64,000 bases of DNA from positions 29,437-93,436 of the forward strand of contig DASRUN010000023.1 of NCBI GenBank assembly GCA_035655435.1. Direction: 5' to 3'. The notes under the pieces are model-generated. The model saw nothing but the letters and a program-made list of their open reading frames with translations. It was not told where the DNA came from and made no database searches. Below are positions 39,459 to 47,321 of the stretch, piece after piece; position 1 is the stretch's first letter; every line of letters begins with the position of its first letter. The stretch is from an archaeon. GTDB lineage: Archaea > Iainarchaeota > Iainarchaeia > Iainarchaeales > Iainarchaeaceae. Made by a program: the position numbers and the translations under genes.

Positions 39459-39845
39459 TCAATTTTCCCTGATTTTTTCAAAGTGTTTTGCTAGTTCTTC
39501 CGCCTGTTCTTTAAGTTCTTTTTTGCTGGTTTTTTTTATTCTATCAATTTGTTTGGCTAAAGTCACTTGTGGGATGTAGTGCCCTTCGAGCTTTTCGGCT
39601 TCTGCAAGTATTTTTAAATTAGATTCCATAATTTTTCTTCTAACCTGAACCATTAGTAGCCGAAGCTCCATTCTTTTCGAATATTTTGTTGCGGATCCAA
39701 GTTTTGCTTTCAGTGAAGCCAGGGCAATTTTTAGTTCTCGTATTCTTCCGGATTCTGTTCCATATACTCGTACAAGATTTTCAGCCTTGCGATGCGGGAG
39801 TGCGGTGTGTTTTTCTTCGAAACCACCTTTTCCTTTTTGATGCAT
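39459..39845 (-). CDS. Basic helical orphan protein
   Basis: ORF; ATG 39845 (MHQKGKGG) preferred as start. Confidence 0.5.
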   Translation of the reverse strand: MHQKGKGGFEEKHTALPHRKAENLVRVYGTESGRIRELKIALASLKAKLGSATKYSKRMELRLLMVQVRRKIMESNLKILAEAEKLEGHYIPQVTLAKQIDRIKKTSKKELKEQAEELAKHFEKIREN

Positions 39846-40000
39846 TATAAAATTATTTTTCCTATGTTTAACTATTTTGCTATAAAGCATTTCTTTTGGA
39901 ATTAGTTTTTAAGACAGATTTTCATTGCCTTTGGATTTTCAATGTAATCTGAGCGATGGTTTTCCAAAACTTATAAATACTCGGAATGCGTTTTATTGTT

Positions 40001-40378
40001 ATGGCTAGGAAAGCGGCTTTGAGAGGAAAATGGAAACCCGGTTCTCCTGAGAGAAGGCAAGACAGGGAAACCCAAGTTTCTTTTAGGCGTAATCCAGTTA
40101 TTGGATGGGAATATCATAGTTCAATAGCCCCCGCAGCTCAACGATCAGGCAAAGCAGGTATGATTCTCGGAACTAATCCGAAAGACTATAAACGCGGTTT
40201 TTTAGCACCTCAAGGCCGAGGTCCCAATGATCAGAAATCTCCAATGCTTAAATTGTTAACAGGGAAAACCCGGGTTCCTGTTATAGGTCAAGCTTTTGGT
40301 GTACCTGTTTTCAAGGGCAGGCGTGCTGAAGAAAGAATCGGCAAACCTAAAGCACCAACAAAGAAAAAAAAGAAGTAA
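40001..40378 (+). CDS. Highly basic orphan protein
   Basis: TTATAAATA about 25 nt upstream of ATG 40001; K/R/P/G-rich. Confidence 0.55.
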   Translation: MARKAALRGKWKPGSPERRQDRETQVSFRRNPVIGWEYHSSIAPAAQRSGKAGMILGTNPKDYKRGFLAPQGRGPNDQKSPMLKLLTGKTRVPVIGQAFGVPVFKGRRAEERIGKPKAPTKKKKK

Positions 40379-40443
40379 TTCCTTACTTAATTTTGCATAA
40401 AATCTATTTTGTAGTTTATTTTAAAAAATTTGAATTAATTTTT

Positions 40444-40848
40444 TTAGTTCGACCCTTTCTTTCTAACGACTTTCAAATTGTCGCCCCAGCGGATGTATTC
40501 TACTTCATCCCCCCCTGTTAGGCCGGCAATGTCTTTTGGTTTTTCAGCATCCCATGTTTGATAAGTTTCAAGATCCATTATTTGTATCTGCGCGCCCATG
40601 ATGGCTACGACTTGTGCGTTTCCTTTGAGAACAATCGGAACATCAACGCTTGCATCTGTTGGCTTCATGAGGTTTTTTTTCGTTTCTTTGAAAAGCCCCA
40701 TTGCCGTAACTCTAACTTTGGCCGCTCCGTGTTTTCCCGGTTTTGATTTTTCAACGCTTTTCACGTGGCATGCTTCATCTTCTATGATTACATAGGATCC
40801 GACTTTGAGCTGTCCTGCATCCGTGAATTTTTTGTCTCCGCCTGCCAT
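40444..40848 (-). CDS. eif5a: Translation factor aIF-5A
   Basis: Hypusine motif SKPGKHGAAK. Confidence 0.96.
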   Translation of the reverse strand: MAGGDKKFTDAGQLKVGSYVIIEDEACHVKSVEKSKPGKHGAAKVRVTAMGLFKETKKNLMKPTDASVDVPIVLKGNAQVVAIMGAQIQIMDLETYQTWDAEKPKDIAGLTGGDEVEYIRWGDNLKVVRKKGSN

Positions 40849-40970
40849 TTTATCACTTAAAGACTAAAATTTGGTTCAATTTAAATATCTTACTAAAGTT
40901 TTTGCCACAATAATGTATTTATAGAAAGAATATGCAATTAGTACTGAATTTCATTATTCGGGGCTTTTGG

Positions 40971-41432
40971 ATGTACAGGACTTTTGCAGTAGTTTTTTTG
41001 CTTTTTTTGTCAATCCCATTTTTGTATGCGCCCGACACAGCAAGCGTAAAAATTGTTTTTACACAAGATTCTTTTGTAAAACCAAGTCCAATACCTTTTT
41101 CAGTGGAAACAACAGGTTCAGGGACTCTAGTAGTTGAGGGTTTTAATGTAATTAATGGGGCGGTAGTTTTGCCAACAACTACTACTGACTTTCGGGGTCC
41201 GAATAATACTTTTAATTTTCCGGTTCCAACAACTTCCCTAAACGAAGGTTCTTACAAATTCAGAGCGATTATTACCGAAACAAATCCGCCGAATTCAGAT
41301 TCCATCCAAGGAAACAATTTTGATGAGCAAACAGTCGTTCTTGTTTCCACAACAGTTTCAGTTCCGGAGTTTCCTCCTATACTGCTTATTTTGATTGTTT
41401 TTGGGGTTTTGTTTTTAATAAAAAGAAACTGA
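40971..41432 (+). CDS. Secreted beta-rich protein with PEF-CTERM-like sorting signal
   Basis: Signal peptide; C-terminal VPEF + TM helix + KRN. Confidence 0.75.
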   Translation: MYRTFAVVFLLFLSIPFLYAPDTASVKIVFTQDSFVKPSPIPFSVETTGSGTLVVEGFNVINGAVVLPTTTTDFRGPNNTFNFPVPTTSLNEGSYKFRAIITETNPPNSDSIQGNNFDEQTVVLVSTTVSVPEFPPILLILIVFGVLFLIKRN

Positions 41433-41488
41433 TTTTTTGGATAAAATCAGTTTAATATAGTTATTTGCTTTAATTCTAAAGTGGTTCC

Positions 41489-41983
41489 ATGAATCTTCCG
41501 GTTGGAGAGGTTATTAGTCAGGGGGTTAATTTTAGGGAAATTGATTCCCAAAGGTTGGTGGAGAGTTTTTTTGACAAAAAATTTTCCGGTTATATTGTAA
41601 TGACTCTCCAGGGTTTTAACGGTTTGGAAGAGGGCATTTTGTTGTTCAAAGAAGGTTTTTTGGTTGGTTCCATTTATGAGTATGATTTGCAGGGTTTAAC
41701 CGTTTTCGGGGATTCTTCTATTGAACATGTTTTTAATGCTTTTGCGGCTGAATACGTTTCAGCTGATATTGTTTCTTTGAGCAATCAGCAGGTTGACCTT
41801 GTAACCGCATTTAACGACAAGGCAAAATTGCATAAAGTGATTTCAAAGAAGGATATAGGAAGATCGATCCCAAAAGTTTTTTCCCCGCAGCAAGCGGAAT
41901 TAGTTTTGAAGGATTTTCTCGGAAAAAAGGATTCGAAAAAGGATATTTTCAAAAAACTCGGTTTAAGCAGTTTAGGTGATTAA
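41489..41983 (+). CDS. DUF2226-like protein
   Basis: MNLPVG, FSGYIVMT..G..GLEEGILLFKEG..VGSIYE. Confidence 0.7.
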   Translation: MNLPVGEVISQGVNFREIDSQRLVESFFDKKFSGYIVMTLQGFNGLEEGILLFKEGFLVGSIYEYDLQGLTVFGDSSIEHVFNAFAAEYVSADIVSLSNQQVDLVTAFNDKAKLHKVISKKDIGRSIPKVFSPQQAELVLKDFLGKKDSKKDIFKKLGLSSLGD

Positions 41984-42467
41984 ATTGTTGAATGATGTAA
42001 AAAATTTTTTTAGGGCTGTTGCCGCCAAAGTCCTTGATTTGGATGATACGGTTAAACCGGAACAGCATTTGAAATTGTTCGAGGATTATTTGGACAAATT
42101 TGAGTTTGACACGAACACAAAAGATGTTAGAAAATTTTTGAGTGTTCTCACGAAAAAGCATTTGGTGGATGATATTGTTATTTCCACTATGACCGGAAGC
42201 TCCATTGCTTCTGTAAATGGCAATGCGGTTTCAACCGCGATTTCGGGAGCTGCGTTGTTCAATTATGTTCAAAGCGAGCACCCAAAAAGCGAGTCTGTTT
42301 TGATTAAAAACGGGAGAGGTTGGAGCATTCTTTTTCCGCAGAATGACAAGCTTTTCATTGTCAAGGCGTCTTCCGAGCTTTCCATGATTGAATTAAGGGC
42401 GCTTACAAAGGAGATTAACGGTTTTTTGACTAAATCGGTTCCGGGTTCTATGGGTGTTAAAGGGTAA
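41976..42467 (+). CDS. Hypothetical protein with possible roadblock/profilin-like fold
   Basis: DIVISTMTGSSIAS pattern; overlaps the upstream gene. Confidence 0.45.
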   Translation: MIKLLNDVKNFFRAVAAKVLDLDDTVKPEQHLKLFEDYLDKFEFDTNTKDVRKFLSVLTKKHLVDDIVISTMTGSSIASVNGNAVSTAISGAALFNYVQSEHPKSESVLIKNGRGWSILFPQNDKLFIVKASSELSMIELRALTKEINGFLTKSVPGSMGVKG

Positions 42468-42532
42468 ATTTTTATTCCTAAAGCAGCTTTCTATTTTAAT
42501 TGAAAATTGGTTTTTTTGAAAGGTTTTTTTTT

Positions 42533-43369
42533 ATGGGGCGCGTAATTGCAATTCTTTCGGGAAAAGGCGGTGTGGGCAAAACTACTATAACCGCTGAACT
42601 CGGAATTGCGCTTGCGAAGCGCGATTTGAATGTTTGTTTGATTGATGCGGACATTGCAATGGCAAATCTTTCGCTTCTTTTGAACATGCAGAATTCTCCG
42701 ATTACTTTGCATGATGTTCTTTTGGGAGAAGCAAATATTCAGGATGCGATTTATGACGGGCCCGCAGGAGTAAAATTTATTCCATCCGGTTTAAGCCTTG
42801 AGAATTATAGAAGGGTTGATTCGGAAAGATTGCAATCTGTTATAGATTCGATCAGGAATCAGTTTGATTTTATTTTGCTTGATTGTGCCGCGGGAATTGA
42901 GAAGAATGTTCTTGCCGCGATTGCAGCTTCAGATGAGGTTATTCTTGTTACAATGCCAACCTCTCCAAGTATTGCGGATGTTTTGAAAGCAAAAATTACG
43001 GCGCAAAGATTGGGCAGCAAAACAATCGGCGTTATAATGAATTTTGTTAGAAAAGAAAACGGTGAAATAAAGAAGGATGATGTGATGAAGATGTTGGAGC
43101 TTCCTGTTTTTGCTACTGTTCCTTTTGATGATGAGATTAGGAAAAGTTTTATGCAGGAAAAAGTTATGCCTGTTATGATTAGAAAACCGGGAACTCCTGC
43201 GGCAATTGAAATTCAAAGGGCTGCAGCAAAACTTGCGGGACTTTCGATTCAGATTGATGAGGGCGAAAAAAAGGGTTTTTTCGCAAAGTTGTTTTCTCCG
43301 TTTACAAACTTGTTCAAAAAGAAGCCTAAAAAAATCGATGAGTCGAAAGGTTCTATGGGGGGAAAATAA
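42533..43369 (+). CDS. minD: MinD family ATPase
   Basis: SGKGGVGKTT, IDADIAMANL, DCAAG; C-terminal amphipathic GFFAKLF. Confidence 0.9.
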   Translation: MGRVIAILSGKGGVGKTTITAELGIALAKRDLNVCLIDADIAMANLSLLLNMQNSPITLHDVLLGEANIQDAIYDGPAGVKFIPSGLSLENYRRVDSERLQSVIDSIRNQFDFILLDCAAGIEKNVLAAIAASDEVILVTMPTSPSIADVLKAKITAQRLGSKTIGVIMNFVRKENGEIKKDDVMKMLELPVFATVPFDDEIRKSFMQEKVMPVMIRKPGTPAAIEIQRAAAKLAGLSIQIDEGEKKGFFAKLFSPFTNLFKKKPKKIDESKGSMGGK

Positions 43370-43599
43370 TGAATACTCCTAATGCGAGCAGGCCTTTTGA
43401 TCTTTTGAGCAATGCAATCGGAAAACCGGTTCTTGTTGAGCTTAAAGGAAATGTTTCTTTCAGGGGAAATTTGAAGGCGTTTGATGTTCACATGAACCTT
43501 GTTCTTGAGGATGCGGAAAAGCTTGAGGATGGTCACACTAAAAACAAATACGGAAAACTCCTTTTGCGCGGCGATAATGTGCTTTTTATAAGCCCGTGA
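43369..43599 (+). CDS. Lsm/Sm-like archaeal protein
   Basis: RPFDLL, LKAFDVHMNLVL, LLRGDNVLFISP. Confidence 0.95.
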   Translation: MNTPNASRPFDLLSNAIGKPVLVELKGNVSFRGNLKAFDVHMNLVLEDAEKLEDGHTKNKYGKLLLRGDNVLFISP

Positions 43600-43650
43600 A
43601 AACAAAACAATTTTATTGTAAATGCCGCTTATATTATTTGGTGTTTTGAT

Positions 43651-43830
43651 TTGAAAAAGACTTTTGAGGTTGTTGTTGAAAAGGATGAGGATGGCGTTTA
43701 TGTTGCCTCTGTTCCGGAACTTCCGGGTTGCCATACTCAGGCTGACTCTCTGAAAGAACTTACTGCTAATATTAAAGAAGCCATTTTGGCGTATCTTGAA
43801 TCTTTTGAAAGCGAACTACGGGTATTTTAA
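43651..43830 (+). CDS. HicB-like antitoxin (59 aa; absent from the ORF track)
   Basis: TTG start; FEVVVEKDEDGVYVASVPELPGCHTQADSLKELTANIKEAI. Confidence 0.8.
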   Translation: MKKTFEVVVEKDEDGVYVASVPELPGCHTQADSLKELTANIKEAILAYLESFESELRVF

Positions 43831-44781
43831 TTCAATTATTTTATAATTTCTTTTTCTTAATTCTTCAAAAAGTTGTTCTTTATTTTGAAATGCTATTGAA
43901 ATCCTTTCCGGAGCATTTTTTTCAGTGTGGATAAAATGAGCTATTGTCGTCTGCATCAAGAAAGGGTATGTTTTTACTTGAACTTCTAAAATTTTTTCTT
44001 TTTTGACAAAAAATTTTAACCCCATAATTGTTTCAACCCCTATTCCATCCTCAAAAAATTTAAATCTAAATAACCCCGTGATAGGGTAAATTATCAACGG
44101 CAATTTTTCTATTTGTATATTTTTATCAACTTGCTTTATCGATCCTAATTCTCCGTTTTCCAAAAATCTTGTATCGAGCAGTATAGCTCCTAGGACCGAG
44201 CCTTCAGTAAAGTTGTCTGACGGGTTTTCTACTCTTTCGGGAAAATAAGTATCAAAGATTTTTTTTGGATTGCCTAGATTTTGGCTGAATTGGTTTACTC
44301 CGATTGAAAATGCTGAAAGCAGAGTCGGGACGTTCAAAACTTTTGTTGGTGGAAGTCTTTGCAATAAATTCCCATGATTTATTATTCTAAACATTTTTAG
44401 TAATCGATTCTCTCTAAAATAAACTTCACTTATTACTTTTCCGGTTATCTCTTTAAAGTTTATTGCCCCGACTAAATCAGATCTTTTGATGGTTTTAGCT
44501 GGGCGGAGAAAAAAACCTTTTATTTTAATTTCACTCTCTGTAATCTCAGTAAAACCCAAAATAAAGCCTCCGGATTCGCTATTTCTCCCCCAAGAAACGT
44601 CATCAATTAGTCTATCTACAATTGTTGAATTATAATTTATTAAACCATAAAAAACAATAAATATCAAAACTAAAAAAAAGAAAATAACCAAAATTATTGG
44701 CAAGAATGCAATGATAAAAAAGCCAAGAGAAAGTATTATCGTGAGAATATTCGCAAAAACATTGGTTTCAAGGAGAATCAT
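43816..44781 (-). CDS. Membrane-anchored hypothetical protein
   Basis: Long hydrophobic N-terminus; 321 aa; lies downstream of tRNA-Ala. Confidence 0.6.
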   Translation of the reverse strand: MILLETNVFANILTIILSLGFFIIAFLPIILVIFFFLVLIFIVFYGLINYNSTIVDRLIDDVSWGRNSESGGFILGFTEITESEIKIKGFFLRPAKTIKRSDLVGAINFKEITGKVISEVYFRENRLLKMFRIINHGNLLQRLPPTKVLNVPTLLSAFSIGVNQFSQNLGNPKKIFDTYFPERVENPSDNFTEGSVLGAILLDTRFLENGELGSIKQVDKNIQIEKLPLIIYPITGLFRFKFFEDGIGVETIMGLKFFVKKEKILEVQVKTYPFLMQTTIAHFIHTEKNAPERISIAFQNKEQLFEELRKRNYKIIELKYP

Positions 44782-44895
44782 CTGCTAATTAAACTATTTA
44801 ATAAAATATAAAGTTGTCTGTCTATGGTGAAAGCGCCAGAGCATTTTCTTCATGAAATTGAAAGGGTTTCCGACAAGCGGGAGAAATTTTGAATT

Positions 44896-44919
44896 TGGAC
44901 TTGGGGGAATCGAACCCGC
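44896..44919 (-). repeat. Degenerate tRNA 3'-end fragment (att-like relic)
   Basis: Minus strand GCGGGTTCGATTCCCCCAAGTCCA resembles a T arm plus acceptor 3' strand. Confidence 0.4.
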
Positions 44920-44976
44920 ATTTAAAGCAACTTGATAGAGGAATTTAAACTTCCCTTGGCTCTCCACTCGTGGAAT

Positions 44977-45093
44977 TGGACCCTGCGGGACTCGAACCCA
45001 CGGCCTCCCGATTGCCAACCGAGCGCTTATGGCGAAAATGAACGCAAGAAAACAATTGACTCAATCTTCTCTACCAGGCTGAGCTAAGGGCCC
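44977..45093 (-). tRNA. tRNA-Ala(GGC) with a 43-nt non-canonical D-arm intron (45028-45070)
   Basis: Acceptor GGGCCCT/AGGGTCC with G3-U70; anticodon loop TTGGCAA; BHB central helix TGGT/GCCA with AG^A and TA^A bulges restores GGTAGAGCG. Confidence 0.9.
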
Positions 45094-46554
45094 AGACAAG
45101 TCTGATTCAAATCCCCCTATCGAGTCATAGAAATAATCAACATAACGGTTTAATAACGTTTTTTGGGAGATCATGTAATCCCTTTTTCTTGTTGAATTGA
45201 GCACGATTCCGATTGTCTTTATTTCCGGAGAAATCATTTCTTTGATTATTGCAGAAGAACCGATAACCCCTTTACTGTCGTTCATACTCGCAAAAACGGC
45301 ATAGTCAGTATTGTTGAATAAAAAATAATTATCCGGAACGGTATAAGTCCCGTATTTTGTTTCTAACAGCTTTTTTCCGCATGGATTCAATCCAACCTTT
45401 TCCAGGGAGGTATGCAGGTTTCTTTCAAGCAAATCAAAAGGCTGCTTCAGCTGTATGGTTGCCCCGTTTAACAGTAGCTGTTTTCTTTTTTGCAGATTGT
45501 CTCTAAAATGCTGGCGAATTTCTGAAATATGTTCAACTCCTAAAAGAAAATCTTTTCGCGTATTCTTGAAAAAATTATCATCCATTAAAATGGGAGTCAT
45601 GTTTTTGTTTAGACACCATAACAATAATTCCAGCGGGAATCTCTCTATTTTGTAATTCAGATTCTTTTCATACCAAGTCGTGATAAAAAACGGAACCTCG
45701 TACTTTTCTTTCAGTCTTTCCAACTTTTCATTCAAAACCAGTATTTCAAAAAAGAGCGCACTTTTCTTCTTCTTGAAAGACAGCACCTCTTCAACGGCTT
45801 TAATTTCATTTTCTTTTTTATACACAAAATCAAAATTGGATCCTAAAATTGTCTTATGGGGTTCGATCTCAAATCCCAAATTTGAAATTTCCTTTTCAAC
45901 AAGCATTTCTCTTTTCCCAAGTCCTTGAATTGAAGCTGATGTTAATCCCAGCCTTGAAAAATGGTCTTCGCCATATTTTGCCTTTATAGATTTTATTGCC
46001 TTTTGTCTTACTTCCGGATTGGTTCTCAAGAAATTCATAAGTTTTAGCCATCTCTCTTTCTGCAGCTTGCTGTATTCTTTTGGATTCTCCTGCTTCATGC
46101 GCTTATGCCATCCTGCAAATCCAGAGAATTCAGACGAATTCCTTAATTTTTTCAAGTGTTCCAGAAAGCCTTTTTCTCCAAGCCTTTGCTTCGCACTTCT
46201 GATTGAGTTTTTCCCGCCTTTAATGTAACCCCAGGAAGGATCCAGTACTTTTATGTTTTGAACAAATTTTTGTTGCTGAGAATTGCTTAGGTAACTCAAT
46301 AGTTTAGTGAACACATTCCCCTTGAAAGTTCTTTCTCCACGTCGGCATTCTTTTAGCGCCGTATCTCCGCAATCCACATTTTCAACGAGTGATTTCCAGG
46401 ACTTGTATTTTGGAGATTTTTTAACCTCGCTAAAAAATCCCTTTGGGTCTTCAAGAACAATTCTCTTGTTTTCAAATTTCTGGAGATCAAGCATATACGA
46501 AAAACCGTTTTCGCTTTTATATTGCCTTCCCGACCTCGGTGCCGGTGCGGCCAT
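45061..46554 (-). CDS. Putative free-standing endonuclease: HTH-like N-terminus and two PD-(D/E)XK/Vsr-like modules (497 aa)
   Basis: REMLVEKEI..NFDFVY..AVEEV and LERNLHTSL..TVPDNY; SWGYIKGG linker; start ATG in a TAATG overlap. Confidence 0.55.
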   Translation of the reverse strand: MAAPAPRSGRQYKSENGFSYMLDLQKFENKRIVLEDPKGFFSEVKKSPKYKSWKSLVENVDCGDTALKECRRGERTFKGNVFTKLLSYLSNSQQQKFVQNIKVLDPSWGYIKGGKNSIRSAKQRLGEKGFLEHLKKLRNSSEFSGFAGWHKRMKQENPKEYSKLQKERWLKLMNFLRTNPEVRQKAIKSIKAKYGEDHFSRLGLTSASIQGLGKREMLVEKEISNLGFEIEPHKTILGSNFDFVYKKENEIKAVEEVLSFKKKKSALFFEILVLNEKLERLKEKYEVPFFITTWYEKNLNYKIERFPLELLLWCLNKNMTPILMDDNFFKNTRKDFLLGVEHISEIRQHFRDNLQKRKQLLLNGATIQLKQPFDLLERNLHTSLEKVGLNPCGKKLLETKYGTYTVPDNYFLFNNTDYAVFASMNDSKGVIGSSAIIKEMISPEIKTIGIVLNSTRKRDYMISQKTLLNRYVDYFYDSIGGFESDLSGPLAQPGRED

Positions 46555-46664
46555 TACTGATCGCCCCCGAAGTGTTTGAGAATCCATAATTCTCTGTCTG
46601 TTGGCTCTTCTGTTTGAAGCGCTTGGATTATTTCTTGTTTATTTGGAAATTGAATTTCAACCAT
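46554..46664 (-). CDS. 36-aa leader peptide
   Basis: SD GGAGGTGATCC directly before ATG; MVEIQFPNKQEIIQALQTEEPTDRELWILKHFGGDQ; TAA overlaps the next ATG. Confidence 0.6.
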   Translation of the reverse strand: MVEIQFPNKQEIIQALQTEEPTDRELWILKHFGGDQ

Positions 46665-46814
46665 CGGATCACCTCCACGAAGGATTGAATTTTTTCGTGG
46701 ACGGTTCGCTGCTTTTGGAGGCATTAAATCCCTTGCCTAACGCAAGGGCGAGGGTTTAAGCCGAGAAAAGCAGAGTCCTAAGAAAAAATTCAGAAATGGA
46801 GGTGACTGGTTGAA
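46656..46814 (-). promoter_or_regulatory. Rod-like hairpin of about 160 nt sequestering the SD and start codon
   Basis: Nested stems TTCAACCA/TGGTTGAA, TCACCTCCA/TGGAGGTGA, TGAATTTTTTC/GAAAAAATTCA, CTGCTTTT/AAAAGCAG, CCCTTGC/GCAAGGG. Confidence 0.75.
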
Positions 46815-46900
46815 CAGTGCTTACAAGATATTAATCGCGGGTTCTATCCCAGTGACGGCCAAACGCTAACTTTATTAGGGCGAATTTTCTTACTATTTTA

Positions 46901-47203
46901 ATGGGAAAACCAACTAAACCTGGCGGTAAGCAGGATAAAGATCGTACCAAGCTAATGGATCACTTAAAGCCAGTTCATCATGAAAGTGTTCCCGGTATAA
47001 TGGGTAGTTTTAAAGGTAAAAATGGTATTGTAAAAGTTTTTCGTGAAACCGGTCACGGGGTTTACAAATTCGGATTTCATGTTGTGAAGCCAAGTGGCGG
47101 GTCTGAAGAATTGGTTCGCGCACGTTGGGTTTATACACTTGAACAATTAAGGCAAGTAATGAAAAAAGAAGAGGGCATTGATCTTCCTCTAAATTTTAAA
47201 TAA
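46901..47203 (+). CDS. Orphan protein with basic N-terminus
   Basis: 100-aa ORF; TTTATTA upstream. Confidence 0.55.
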   Translation: MGKPTKPGGKQDKDRTKLMDHLKPVHHESVPGIMGSFKGKNGIVKVFRETGHGVYKFGFHVVKPSGGSEELVRARWVYTLEQLRQVMKKEEGIDLPLNFK

Positions 47204-47321
47204 AATCAGCGTTTTGCATCAAACTGTCTGCATAGTGAACTATTTCTCGTTTTTTCGGCTTACCCTTATTTTTAAATAATAGAAATCCCCAATATAGTGC
47301 TGACATTTTGGCGGTTTTTAC

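Noticed and set aside
46555..46587. ORF-track start of the 508-aa protein at 46587
   Set aside because: It lies inside the leader ORF with no SD. The TAATG-coupled ATG at 46554 is more plausible.
46666..46676. GGATCACCTCC on the + strand, identical to the 16S rRNA 3' end and near a tRNA-Ala
   Set aside because: No 16S sequence precedes it. It is better explained as the complement of a perfect SD on the minus strand.
46805..46861. tRNA-like fragment on the + strand (..CTTACAA..GCGGGTTCTATCCC..GGCCA)
   Set aside because: No matching 5' acceptor strand and the stems are poor; at most a decayed relic.
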